This document shows, in pieces, positions 1-12,703 of a DNA stretch of 64,000 bases; the stretch's first letter is position 1, and each line of letters opens with the position of its first letter. Position numbers and translations under genes: made by a program. The notes under the pieces were generated by a model that was given only the letters and a program-made list of their open reading frames with translations, was not told where the DNA came from and made no database searches. This stretch comes from Octopus sinensis (lineage: Eukaryota): assembly GCF_006345805.1 (NCBI RefSeq), contig NC_042999.1, positions 125,240,001-125,304,000 of the forward strand. The letters run 5' to 3'.

Positions 1-1200
1 AATACTTTGGATCAGAGGATCTACTGATTCAGAACTGACCTACGGTTAAACAAGACTGTAATAACTCATTGTTCTGATTATCGCCTCCAATTCGTTTTCA
101 TGGCCGTAACTTCTGTCAACATAAGCATTTTTTGGTTTTATCATTGATATATTACTCGAATCGATAAACAATTTTTCATTCCACTCTTTCTATTCCCCTC
201 TAATAACGTAACTAGAGGGTGTGACCTCAGAGTAGCCCTTAAGTTTTCCGCCTCTCCCTCTAATACAGGCATATACAGCAGACCCAAAAGTGCTGTTCCC
301 ATACAAACTCGCTCGGAGCGGGCCGCTTCCTTGCCCCATCTCCTTACTTTCTAGCGACGCTGCTGTCCCTCTATACATTTTTGTTCTCCAACAGTCATTT
401 TGTCCCACACAGCTCTTTTTGTCTCGCACTATATTTTTCACCTGCACTATTTTTTGTGTCTCACGTCATACTTTTCATCTCTCCGCTCCCTTCTGACTTG
501 CATGTCTTTCATACATCCCTACATAGTATTAATCTAAATTTTCTCATAGACTATAATAAAATAACGCAATTCTGACAACCTACCTACGCACTTTTAAAGG
601 TAGCATTTTCTCTTTGGTTTTTAATGTTTTAGAACAACTCTTTTCTTCTACAATACTACTTTCTCAACTGTACCTCAATAAAATTCTCTACATGTTTAAT
701 TCTGCTTTTCAGTCTGTGCGTGCTTTCAGATTATCAAGGAATAGCCTAACCCTTCTTGTAGTTTTCCCATCCCTTCATTTAGTGAACTATAATAGTGGTT
801 ACAATACACATACATCACGTACACATACAAATTGTGTAGCATTGTTTCGATTATATGTCTTTCAAAGCAAATAATAGTTCATAATACGTTTTACTGTAAT
901 TACAAGAATACTAAAGCCATTTGTTTTTCATCCATACTTAAAACACGAGCTGCTCATAGAAGATTCGTTCGAGATTCTAAACAATAGCTACTCACTTGAA
1001 GAAGCCTGGGTGCTTTATATTATCGAACCCGGATTGACGAAGGACAAAGTTGACGTTGGTGAGATTTGAATTCAGATCGTAAAAAAACTAGAAGTAAATA
1101 GCACAAGGTGTTTTATCCAACGCTCTACCACCTCTTCAAATCTACCACCATCTTTATAACAGGATGTAAGATAGTCATTGAAATCTGTACAAATTTTTCT

Positions 1201-1361
1201 GGCGCAGACGCGGGAGTTTAGTTAGACGTTTACTTCCCAGTCATGTGATTCTGATTCAATCCCCACTGCGTGGCACCTTAGTCAAGTGCCTTGCTATAGC
1301 CTCAGACCGATCAAAACCTTTTGAGTGTATTTGGTAGACGGAAACTGAAAGAAGCCCGTTA
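1201..1361 (+). mobile_element. tRNA-derived SINE family A, 5' half
   Basis: Degenerate tRNA-like head followed by the family A core (CCACTGCGTGGCACC ... GGAAACTGAAAGAAGCCCGT) that recurs more than 10 times in the window. Confidence 0.8.
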
Positions 1362-1367
1362 TATTCT

Positions 1368-1764
1368 TTTATTCTTTTGTTTCATTCCTTTGACTGCGGC
1401 TATACTGGAGCACAGCCTTGAAGTATTTTAGGCGAACAAATCGACTTCAGGATTTCTTCTTTGTTAAGCCTAGTACTTATTCTATCGATCATTTTTGCCG
1501 AACCGCTAAGTTACGAGGACGTAAACACACCAACACCGGTTGTCAAGTGGTGATGGGGGATATGTTCCAGGACACAAAGAGACACACACGTAGATATATG
1601 CATATATATACGACTGGCTTCTTTCAGTTTCCGTCTACCAAATCCACTCAAGGCTTTGATCGGTTAGAGGCTACAGTTGAAGATACTTGCCCAAGGTTCC
1701 ACACAGTGGGACTGAACCCAGAACCATGTGGCTGGGAATCAAGCTTCTTACCACACGACTGCGT

Positions 1765-1766
<2 letters not shown>
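1368..1766 (-). mobile_element. tRNA-derived SINE family A, near full length
   Basis: Reverse complement of the family A head, core, internal TA/TG microsatellite and tail, compared with the copy at 51774-52195. Confidence 0.85.
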
Positions 1767-1857
<91 letters not shown>

Positions 1858-1882
1858 TGTGTGTATGTATGTATATATATAT
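1767..1882. repeat. compound (TA)n(TG)n microsatellite
   Basis: Direct reading. Confidence 0.95.
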
Positions 1883-2329
1883 CCGAATTTGTGTAAATGT
1901 GTATAGAATAATATTGTTTCACAGGATCTAAAACAAGAGTTTGCACGCAGCAGTTAGTAATTTCTATCCTGTATATCAAAGCTTCTTTACAGCATGTAGT
2001 AACGTTGGTGATGTTATCAGAACATATTTATATTATTTTATTAAGGTTTTTTAAGTAATCCAATCATTTCCGCCTATAATGCCAAAAAACAATTGGATTT
2101 TGCAATCCAAGAGATCATTCCAAGATGACACTGAAATTACCTTTTAACGCCGAAACAATTTATGATTTACAAAGGCGTCATATAGATGTCAACATTTAAT
2201 TAAGGCTAAGCTAGGTGCGTGTATCGGCGGCAACGTACATCCATTCTTTTACGTTTTTTATTATTGTATTAATTTTTTTTTACAACGTTGAAGTGTGTTA
2301 AACATTAAAAAAAAATTAAGTAATGTTAA

Positions 2330-3625
2330 TAAAGTTCAATTAGCGCTTTCATACGTTCGTAGTAATCATCAGATTTCAAAATGTATAGACTGACAGTTGA
2401 GTTGAGTTCTTGACAACTGTAGTAAAATGACTGAATTTTTCGAATACGGTTTTGATCAATCAGCATGCAACTTAAACGTCACGGTTTGTCGGGTGCACTG
2501 ATATTACTGGCATAGATCCCGCCTTTATTTTAATCAATTAGCTTGCGGTTTACATGTAATTGTTTTATGAGTGAGTAAACTTGGTTGGTTTCGATCGTTT
2601 TTATTTCAATCGGTGGGAGTCCTCTGTAATTTGTTTATATTCATATGTTAAAGATATTTTTTAATCCACATCATTAACTGGTTGTTATATTATTGTTGTT
2701 ATTTCCATTCAGAACAGGTTTTAACATTTTAATAACACGTTTTTCTTTCATCTTTCTTCCAACCACACTTGTGTCATATAGTTTGTGGAAAGGGGAAATT
2801 GGAAACCTTTTCTGACCACATGTTTCTATATGTTCGCTCAACGGAATTCGGCGAATATTAGTGTTCCGGATTTGTTGTCTGTAAATTCATGAGCGTTCCG
2901 ATAATGCATTCTCTGTCTCGCCAATGTATTGTTCCTCGCAATTAGGACATTCAATGCAGTAGATCAAATTTCTGCTTTTGCAGTTCATATCTGCATTTAT
3001 GAAAATATGTCCATATTTTGTTCTAATGGATCTACCAGTATGCATGTATTGAAACGTTCCACATCTGTTATCATTACACTTGGATACTGTGAATATTTTA
3101 TCCTGTTTGTTCATGTTGAATTTGACCTTTGTTAGATTTTTTAGGTTACGTGGTTGCCTTTCGCTTAAGATAAGTATTTCATTAGTTATGTTTTTTTTAA
3201 TTCTTCACTTTGTTTCATGATTGGCAAATTTGCTTTGATGCTGTTAAAAATGTTTTGGTGATACGGATTGTGTGTTACTAGAAATGGTATGGGTTCGTTG
3301 ATGGGTTCGTCTTTCTCGTGCTGCTCTAAATTGTTCTATAGGTATCTCTTTTGCTCGTTGTATGCTATTTTCTATAAGTAGGAGAGGGTATTTATGCTTG
3401 AGCAGAAATCCATTGAGTTCTATAAGTCGTATGTTCCTGTTATTTGGATCGTCTACTACAGTACAAATGTTCCTGGTTAGACAGTACGGGATGTTGCGTT
3501 TTGTGTGTGTTGGACGACATGAGTTGAAATTTAGGTACTGGTGTGTATCAGTGCTTTTGTAATAAATATCAGTTGTGATTGTGGTGTTGTTTTTAATTAC
3601 CATTATGTCAAGAAATGGTAGAGGA
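2330..3625 (-). mobile_element. Penelope-like retroelement relic (RT C-terminal region + GIY-YIG endonuclease + 3' terminal region), 5' truncated
   Basis: Minus frames give LPFLDIMVIKNNTTITTDIYYKSTDTHQYLNFNSC..TH.KRNIPY (RT/thumb) and NLIYCIECPNCEEQYIGET..L.ER..YRQQIR..EH..C..F..PF.KL..R..E..I..L.P.LN (GIY-YIG); there are frameshifts and a stop at 2887-2889. Confidence 0.92.
2334..2379 (-). ncRNA. degenerate hammerhead-ribozyme-like motif at the Penelope 3' end
   Basis: Minus strand CTGATGA-T-TAC-TACGAAC-GTA-T-GAAA-GCGC-TA, with palindromic stem III; stem I is only 3 bp and the stem II closing pair is mismatched. Confidence 0.4.
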
Positions 3626-4442
3626 GAGAAAAAAGTTTACCTTCACTTGTGTATAAACTAAAATTATTATTCTACTTCTACCCACTCTCTTATGCTGACA
3701 TATCTTGAAGCTGAAAGTAAAAGATATGGTGAATTCTTAGATATATAATTTCATTAATGTTGACGAGATTATGAGGAGAGGAAAGTTTGCGAACATTCTT
3801 AACGCTATAATAATTATTTTTATCATTCAGTTTCGACACACCGGAAGACTTTGCTGGTAATTATTTCATTAATGACTTGTTTTCTGTACACGTGGTTACA
3901 TTTCTTACATTTTCTTCAAATTAAATAGTAGCAAAAAGAGATGAGAACAGAAAAACGAGAGTATTATAACCTACTCTATATTTCCGTACACTTTTTGTTT
4001 CCCATAAAGTATTATAAGACTTCAAGATAGAGCTTTTCCTAAATTCCGCCGATTCTTCCAACGTTTCGTTACAGTTAGTTACTATGAATTACTCAATGTG
4101 TTTATTATTGGTGACATGATTATAAAATTCATAAATTCAATATATTTTTTCTTTTTCTTTTTAGGTAAGTAAAAATTCAGACTTTCGATTCATTCTAACA
4201 AAGAACAGTGAAAAGGTCAGTTGTGTATGCTTCGTTACATATGATATCATTTGTTTTTCTCCCCTCTGAAACAATTATTGCAATCCTCTCTTTATATTCC
4301 CTGGAGCCATTTGCGATTAGTTGTCCCACTTTTCTTACTCGCATTTCCCACCAAGCAAACATAATGTACCAACAATTGCAATTTTGATGTCTGCCAGCTG
4401 AAGCTGTTTCTGTACAAAAGATATATATATATATATAATCAC

Positions 4443-4657
4443 CGGCGGTGCCCCAGCATGGCCACACCCTTAGGGCTGAAACATATAAAAGAATAGGTGC
4501 AGGAGTGACTGTGAGATAAGAAGTTTGCTTCGCAACCACATGGTTCCGGGTTCAGTCCCACTGCATGACACCTTGGACAAGTGTCTTCTACTATAGCCTC
4601 AGGCCGTCTAAAGCTTTGTGTGTAGATTTGATGGACGGAGACTTAAAGAAGCCTGTC

Positions 4658-4660
<3 letters not shown>
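4443..4660 (+). mobile_element. SINE family A: tail fragment followed by a 5' half
   Basis: GGCGGTGCCCCAGCATGGCC...GAAAC tail, then AGGTGCAGGAGTG head and core ending in (TA)n. Confidence 0.8.
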
Positions 4661-4696
<36 letters not shown>

Positions 4697-5423
4697 CGAG
4701 AGAGTAAGAGGTAGAAATTTCTTCTAAAGAATTTTTACCAAAACTTATCAGTTACTACGATGACAACACTATCTATCTATCTTTCACCCTCTCTCTCTCA
4801 CTCTCTCTCTGTATTTGTCTATCAACGGCAATTTTTTCTCCACCTCCTCTTCCTTCCTATATATGTTGTAAGAGACAGGCAGATGGAGATAGGCTTGACT
4901 TTTATAATCTAAGATGTTAGCGGGTGCCTCGGCGAAATCATTTGACTTGCAAAAGTAAGTTAAAATTTCCTCATATAACACTGGCGTGTAAAAAGGGAGA
5001 AGGTATATCGTATAATATAGTCGTTTGTACGTGATGCCTTATGCGAAGAAGTCATGGATGGAGTACTGTTGATTATAGGAATCTCATGGAATTAATTACA
5101 ATAATAGGGCTTGTACAAGTCACTGAAACTAGGACCAGCTAATCTGTTGAATTCCACAATCTTTGGTGTTGGGTAAAAAATGGGTGGGGAAAAAATTAAA
5201 AGGTTTAAGCATCTGTTTTGAATACCAATCAATAAGATAGTTTAAACACTCAAATTTCTATAACTTTGTTTTCATTATCTCCATAACTTCGAAAGCACAA
5301 AAACACGTCGGGCCTCTTAAATACGCCACTCTTGGGATCTGAGTCATTGCCGAACCACGGGAAAATGCCGGGAAACAGAAATTGATTCCGAAGGAGAGCC
5401 CTTATTTAAACATTGTCTTGTCA

Positions 5424-5449
5424 TCTCTCTCTCTCTCACACACACACAC

Positions 5450-5537
<88 letters not shown>
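5424..5537. repeat. compound (CT)n(CA)n(TA)n microsatellite
   Basis: Direct reading. Confidence 0.95.
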
Positions 5538-5864
5538 GAAACAGGAAATGCTTCGAAATATGGTTTTATTGTTTCGTATAACAGTACCGCTCTGGTGGCA
5601 GAAAAACAAAGTAAAGGTGTCAGATTCAAAACTACAGGTTCATGTGGTGTCGGATTTCAGAGTCCCAACATGTGCAACGCATATTCATTTAGATTAACTT
5701 AGAACCTCTGTATGATAGGTAGTTCCACAATTAGACATCACAGTGAAGTAGTAAAACACGAGCTTTTGGTTCAATGTTAATATTTAATCAAAGAAATTGT
5801 CACATACTGGATGGCGTATGGCAATTGAAATAAAACAGTTTGCTTAATGACGGTGAGTGGTATC

Positions 5865-6180
5865 GACCATCACAACCACATGGTTTCGAGTTCAGTTTCA
5901 CTGCCTGACACCTTGGGCAAGTGTCTTCTACTACAGCCTCGACCTGACCAAAGTATTGTGAGAGGATTTGGTTGATGGAAACTGAAAGAAGCCCGTCGTA
6001 TGTGTGTGTGTCATTGTCTGTTTGTCCCCCACCACCACTTGACAACTGGTACTGATGTGTTTACGTCCCCAAATACTAGGCTTTAAAAAAATAAGTCCTG
6101 GGTTCGATTTGTTCGACTAAAACCCTTCGAGGCGGTGCCCCAGCAGACAAATGAGTGAAACAAGTAAAAGATAAAAGATA
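5865..6180 (+). mobile_element. SINE family A copy with internal deletion
   Basis: Core CACCTTGGGCAAGTGTCTTCTACTA and tail GAAACAAGTAAAAGATAAAAGATA. Confidence 0.8.
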
Positions 6181-6225
6181 ACACAAATGGTAATTCAATT
6201 TTAAAACAAACTAAACAATTTCGTT

Positions 6226-7086
6226 AAAGTATGAAAAATTGCTAATAATTCCTTCAAAATTTGCTGTTGGTAAATTTATTCAAACCCCAAGGAATCCCTC
6301 TCAACACATGGCTATGATGCTCCCCCACTACTCATAATCAGACATGCACATATTGTCAGCCACTAAGGGACATGCTCAAGTGTTCAAGGTCAAGTAACTA
6401 ATAAACAAATCTGTGGTATTGAACAGAATATTTGCTATAACGATATTTTTGCTTCAGCAACTCGGTTAACTGAAACGGTGGCCTATTCAGTAGCGCTTTA
6501 TTTATAACAGAGGTTTCTTCATTAAGACTGAATCAAGGAAAACTAGGTTTTAAGTAAAGGGCATTGTACAATACGTGTGTATTTATGTGTACGCATGCAT
6601 TAGAGGGAAGGTAGAATAACACCGTGTAACAACATTTAAAAAAAAAATTTGTCTTTGGTCAGTAAGTGTTATTTTCCACTTGCTTCTAACTAGAAATCAA
6701 AGGAAATGATTACTATTCCCTTCAAACATTTTGTGACCTGGACATCAATGTTTTGAAACTGACCTATTTTCCATTACATTTCAGACAGATTCAGCGCTGA
6801 GTTGCTGAAGCAGAAATATCATTATAGCAAATATTCTCAATACCACTGATTTGCTTGTCAGTTGCTTGACCTTAAACACTTGATCATATCCCTTAGTGGT
6901 TAACAATATGCGCATCTCTGTTTGAGCAGGCTTGGTGGGGGAACAGTATAGTCATGTGTTGAGAGGAATTCTTCGGGATTTGAATAGATTTAATAAAAGC
7001 AAAGTTTGAAGAAAATATTAGCCATTTTTCATGCTTTCTAAGGGTAAGCAAATAGGAAAATAACAGTTGCTACCCAAGGACAAAAG
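6226..7086. mobile_element. foldback-like element: two inverted ~240-bp arms of an interspersed repeat (probable non-autonomous DNA transposon with long TIRs)
   Basis: 6226-6466 is the diverged reverse complement of 6797-7037; 6690-7086 matches the reverse complement of 39780-40175. Confidence 0.7.
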
Positions 7087-7268
7087 GCTGTTACACAGTG
7101 TAATCAAACTCTCAGAAACCTGAATATTCTAACAGAACTTAACATTATCTAGCGAACACTCCCTGAACGAAGCCAAGAACGTCGATTGAAACACTTTTGG
7201 TTTCTTAACCAGAGAAGTTGATGGTATTACATCCTAGTCTCGTTTTCCATTGTTTAAACAAATTAGCG

Positions 7269-7303
<35 letters not shown>

Positions 7304-8902
7304 CATACAAAAACACATACACGCCATACACATACATACACACACAAACACCATACACGGATACAAATGATAACAATAATAATAACTGCATTTTTAAAGA
7401 ATCTCTTTGTTCAACAAATAAACACACTTGAGTTTTCGTTCCAAATCTGTTTCGTATTCCAAGAATCCTTTAACTCGAATTTTAAAAATTATATCTGAAA
7501 TGCATTGTTCTTCCATGTTTTGACTTGCTCTGTAATTACGTTTACTTGTATATGTGATGCAAAGTGGGGGAAAAACAACATAAAACTAAAACGATTAATC
7601 GGGGTTTTTTTTCTTGACTGTCTGCACGCCTTGTCTATAATTTACTTCTTTTTATATTGTTAAAAGACTGTTAAAAGATTTTCGTTTATACTACATTCAA
7701 GCAACAGGCCTAATCTCTACTTAGTCCGCCAATAGATACTTTGAAATAAATACTGAGTACAAGGCTTCCTAATGCCAAGCCTAAATCACTTGATGGTTTC
7801 CGCATTTTCAGTAGTTCAACAATTTCTCTGTGTGTGAATGTGTGTGTGCCTCCTCTCCGTGTGTACATGTTTGTATGTACGTATGTGGATATGAGAGAAT
7901 ACTTATTTGTAAACTGTTTGTGAATACAATCGTTTGCGAACGATTTACGTGTGAAGGAAAGAGTGCCGGCATAAAGAATTCTTGTTTAAATATTTTTTGG
8001 GAATTCACGGACCAACCCTTTAGTGAAATTACTCAAAAGTTGACTTTCGACCGAGACATAATATGTAAATGATTTCATTTACATTTAACGTTTAGCACTG
8101 TGCCAACCAGTAATATGACAATTTGATTCGAACCAAGCCGTTTAAACAACTAAGGTACGATATTATTGTTATTCTTATTCTTTTATCGTCCCCCGCTACA
8201 TACACACACAACCACTTAGTTCAAGGGAATTAAGGAGTTATGCGCCTTTTAAGTGAAGACTGGTTGACTTATTAGATATAGTGCATGTATACAATAACAG
8301 CTATTTAGAAAATACGCAAACGAAACGTGCTCAAGATATGCTTAATCTGTTTAAAATACCAAGTAAGGCGTTAACCTACAAAAGATGTCCTATGAAGTTT
8401 GTTCGTGTGGAAATTTGTATTTGAAATGTCATTCTCTGACCTCCTGTATTTCTATAAAATATATCTTTAATAAACAAGGGATAACGACATGATATGAAGT
8501 TGTAAAATTATAGATAATCGTATTCTTTATTTGTTTTGCATCTCAATTAGAATGTGTATATTGACATACACACATACGATCACTTAAAATAACATTTATG
8601 TATTTAGGCTACAACTAGACTGACAACAAGTCTCTATACAGGAGACTATGTATGAACAGTGACCCATCTTTTCAGTCTGACGAATAAAAATAAACAAAAC
8701 AAACTTGTTCGTCTCGTACCTATATTGATTATAATAGGAAAATACCTATACTGTTTTCAGTATCTGTGGGAAAAAGCACACACACACATATATATATATA
8801 ATGTGTACGTGTTGTAGTGCTGTCAGTGAATTTCATCAACATTATTTTTATTGCAATTTGGTTATACTACGTCTATTGTGTCGACACTAGTATAGCATAG
8901 AT

Positions 8903-9057
8903 CAATCATGGGCAAACTGCTGCTCGCAGGACTTTCTGAATGGCTCACCAAATGAAAGATTATCTTGAATTTTTTTTTTTATTCAGCAGTGCGGCCCGCT
9001 TGATGGTGAGCCATGTCTCATGCGGCCCTCTTCTCGAAATAAGATTACCCATACCTG
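8903..9057. mobile_element. hAT (Charlie-like) MITE
   Basis: Ends CAATCATGGGCAAACT / GATTACCCATACCTG, internal GCGGCCC motifs; flanking 8-mers GCATAGAT / GCAAAGGT match 6/8. Confidence 0.65.
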
Positions 9058-9293
9058 GCAAAGGTCATAAAATCTAGTCAAACCGAATTTATAGTGCCAG
9101 GTTCATTTCCAACTTGAAGCTATTTCACATACCATATGTTATTAATAATACCTCATCTTTTCTGTCTTAGACATGTAGATTCTCTTAACTATTTCGAAAA
9201 TGATCTGCTCATTCAATTTAATATTTCAAAATCAACTTGATAAGAACAATGCAAAAATATTTTGAATCTATTTATTCTTGAAATATGTCATTT

Positions 9294-9600
9294 AGGCGCA
9301 GGCTGACCGTGAAGTAAGAAGCCTGTTTCCCAACCACATGGTCCCAGGTTCATTCCCACTGTGTGGCACCTTGGGCAAGCGTCTTCTATTGTAGCCTCGG
9401 GTCGACTAAAGCCTTGTAAGTGGATATGGTAGATGAAAACTGAAAAAGCTCGTCGAGTGTATTGTGTATTTGTCTCCCACCACCGCTCGACAACTGGTGA
9501 TTGTGTGTTTATGTCCGTAACTTAGTAGTTCGGCAAAAGAGTTCGTCAAGCCAGTGTCCCAGCATGGCCGCAATCAAATGACTGAAACAAGTAAAAGATA
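9294..9600 (+). mobile_element. SINE family A copy
   Basis: AGGCGCAGG head, core, tail GACTGAAACAAGTAAAAGATA. Confidence 0.85.
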
Positions 9601-9999
9601 TTTATTCTAGAAATACGCCATTTAAGTATATTTCTACCAGGAAAATACGAGGCTCTTCTGTCGAAATATCACCCCCACCTTTTTTTTTTTTTCTTACGTT
9701 GAAAGTTCTAAGTTATCACAGCATATGACATCTCCTGCCATCTAAATCCTTACGTTGTGAGTCAATTATTTTGCAATATGCAAAAACTTCTTTTGAATCA
9801 AGAATGAAATCTTCCATGTTCGTATTGGTCTTTTATTACATGATTTTTCTTAAATTAGTTAATTTCTTTTAATAAAAAAGACTATATAAAGATTTCAATC
9901 TTAATTCACCTTCAGTTCTTTTAATAGTGTTTGTTGTTTTCTAATCCAGCTTCTTTTCTGTCTTCTTCTCTTTCTTTCTTCCGTCCTTGCTGTCGTTAA

Positions 10000-10190
10000 T
10001 TAGTCCTGAATCAAACATAATCGATTAGACTTTATGATCAAGGCATTCCAGTTGGGACCATCCCGACTTTATATGCGTGACTAAAATTACTTTTTCCAGT
10101 CCGCCCTTTTTAAGACAGTAGGATATAACTGGAAATAGATTTAGTTGCTATTGCTAGCAGGTCAGACGACCACGTTGAGTCTCTCTCTCT
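10000..10190 (-). repeat. degenerate interspersed repeat family E (SINE-like, ends in AAC-rich tail in other copies)
   Basis: Shares GATCAAGGCATTCCAG..GACCATCCCG and GCTATT.CTAGCAGGTC..CGACCACGT motifs with many other copies (e.g. 13810-14010, 42430-42600, 43430-43860, 54330-54750, 61960-62140). Confidence 0.65.
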
Positions 10191-12144
10191 ATCTCTCTCT
10201 CATGTTTTGCTAGGAAGTCGTTAACTTATTTTGTTTCTTGCAACAAGACCTGATACTGACATAGTACGACTGACGTATTAATTATTGGGCTATTAAACTA
10301 AAGTTATTCATTCAATGATTGCTTACTGGACTACGCACAGTCAGTGTATGACAAAATAAAGAATGATATCTGTCTCTGTATCATAAACAGCCAATATTGA
10401 AATGTGTAGAATGGAACCTTTGGTGATAACGAAGAATGAATAGATTTTCTATAGCATTTGTTTAAGGAACTCTTTTTATACTGATGTTTAGGCTGTTGGT
10501 GAAGTGGATGTTTGTCCTGAAAATTGCTAGCCTTGCTGCTGCTACTGTTTGCATATAAAATTTAGGATAGGTTGCAATATGAAATTGTTGTGATACTAGG
10601 ACTGCCCCAGCCATCGTCTAATGTATAATCCATCTGCAACAGTTGATTATTGTTGTTCATGTTATTCCCTTTGTGAACCGAATTCTAGACCCGATTTCTC
10701 AAAGAAACTAAAATTATTCAATTCATTTACTTTAATTGTATCGCATTTGATGGCATATAAGAGAAAAGTGCACTGTGTATTTTTGTATCTGTGTTTGTCT
10801 CCCACCACCGCTCGACAACTGGTATTGGTGTGTTTATGTGTCCTTAACTTAGTAGTTCGGCAAAAGAGCTCTTTTCTTTATATAGTCTTTTATAGTTTTA
10901 TGTGCGAAGGTGGGGCTTCCATAAGCTTTAATGAGCTAAAGACTTTTCCCTGAATATGTGCTGCTGAAATTAGGATGCGTCTAATATACCCGTGCGTCCT
11001 TTATGCTATCAAATACAGTCATTTCTAAATATTGGTACAAAAATCATGCATGTGATTTTTGAAATGTGGTGTCGGTTTAACCACTCTGTTCTTGATTGTT
11101 TTTTATTTTATTCAACAACCCCCAAAATGGTTGAAACACGAAACTGATTCCTTTTCTTTAAACATTTCAGACTTTAAGGCTCCCTCTTTTGTGCACACGC
11201 GCGTTGTGTGTGTGTGTCTTCTGCATTATGTTGTTCTGAATCAATATGTTTACAGGTTCAAGCAACAGTACCTATCCTAGTACTCAGCCTCTGTGTTGTC
11301 GAGTTAAATGTTCTTAATATATAATACATTACTCATGGTATCTTTTTTTTTTTCAAAATTAAGTCGAATATTCATATCAGATAATTTACAAGCAGTTACT
11401 TTTGTTTTGTTACGTGCAATGTAGAGATAACTTTTCTTGGTTCTCTACATTAAATATGTCTAGCGCTCACTTTATTAATGCGTGTTACTTTCTTTTAAAT
11501 TGTATCTATTCTCTTGCTAGCTTGGCTAAAGCTTATATTAATGCATGCATAGGCACAAACAAACAAAAAAAAAGAACGCAGTGTAAATAACGGACCGAAT
11601 CAAGATTATTGAAAAGGTTGCAAAACACAACAAAAATTTTAGGAAAATAAAAATAAGAAATAAGTGAAAATTTTACCGGTGTGTGTGTGTTAAATTATAA
11701 GAAAATGACTCTCCCCAGACACAACAGAGTATCTATTCTCATATGTCCAAAATCCTAGAACCATATTGAATTTTTGGAACGTATTCGTTACTGGGGTTGA
11801 AACTACACTTCATTCGTTATAATTGAGAGAATTGTTGTAGAGAAGAATGTCTGAATTCTTAAGTGAAATGTAATGAATCATTTACTTCTAAAAACGTTGA
11901 GTTAGTCCATCTCAAAGATTGTCTACAGCTCAAACTACCTTTTTGAGAAACTCTACATTGAAGTTTTGTCACTTTGTGTTTTTGTTATGTAATATCAAAC
12001 AGGTAGGACTGAGCCAGATTCAGAGTTTCATTTTAAATCAACGTTTAGAAATAAATTTAAAGTTGGTATCTTTTTTAATTTGTTCCAATCATATGAAATA
12101 TTTCAAATTTTTACCAGATTTAATAAAAAAAAAAAAAGATTCTA

Positions 12145-12548
12145 GTTTTGGATACTGGGGCACCGTCTTGAAATTTTAGTCGAATCTATCGACCCCAGTA
12201 CTTATTTTTTTAAAGTCTGGTACTTACTCTATCAGTCTCTTGTGCCGAACCGCTACGTTACTGATACGTAAAATCACCAGCACCGGTTGTCAAGCAGTTG
12301 CGGGGGACAAACAGAAACAAAGAAACGCGCACATAGATACATATATATGTGTGTGTGTGTGTATGTATGTATATATATATATATATATATTGTGTGTGTG
12401 TGTGTGTGTGTGTGTGTATACACACACATGTATACGACAGGCTTCTTTCAGTTTCTGTCTATCAAATCCGCTCACAAGGCTTCGGTCACAAGGCAAGTTG
12501 CCGCGCAGTGGAACTGAACCCGGAACCATATGGTTGGGAAGCAAGCTT
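12145..12548 (-). mobile_element. SINE family A copy
   Basis: Reverse complement of tail, core, internal microsatellite and partial head. Confidence 0.85.
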
Positions 12549-12574
12549 ATATATAAATAAATAAATAAATAAAT

Positions 12575-12703
12575 GTTCCTTCTCGAGCCATGTCAGGCTC
12601 ATAAGGGCCGGTTTCCCGGTTTCAGTGGCGTAGAAATTCCCCACCTGGGCAGGACGCCGGTCCGTCGCAGGATTACTCATTTTTGCCACTTGAGTGGACT
12701 GGA
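12575..12703 (-). mobile_element. 5'-truncated SINE fragment with V-domain-like core and the family C tail
   Basis: Minus strand CTGCGACGGACCGGCGTCC...CAGGTGGGG...GAAACCGGGAAACCGGCCCTTATGAGCC...GCTCGAGAAGGAAC shared with 15648-15760. Confidence 0.75.

Noticed and set aside
7150-7195. CTGAACGA...GAAAC hammerhead-like boxes
   Set aside because: Wrong core spacing and no supporting stems; likewise the CTGATGA at ~51102 lacks a GAAA partner
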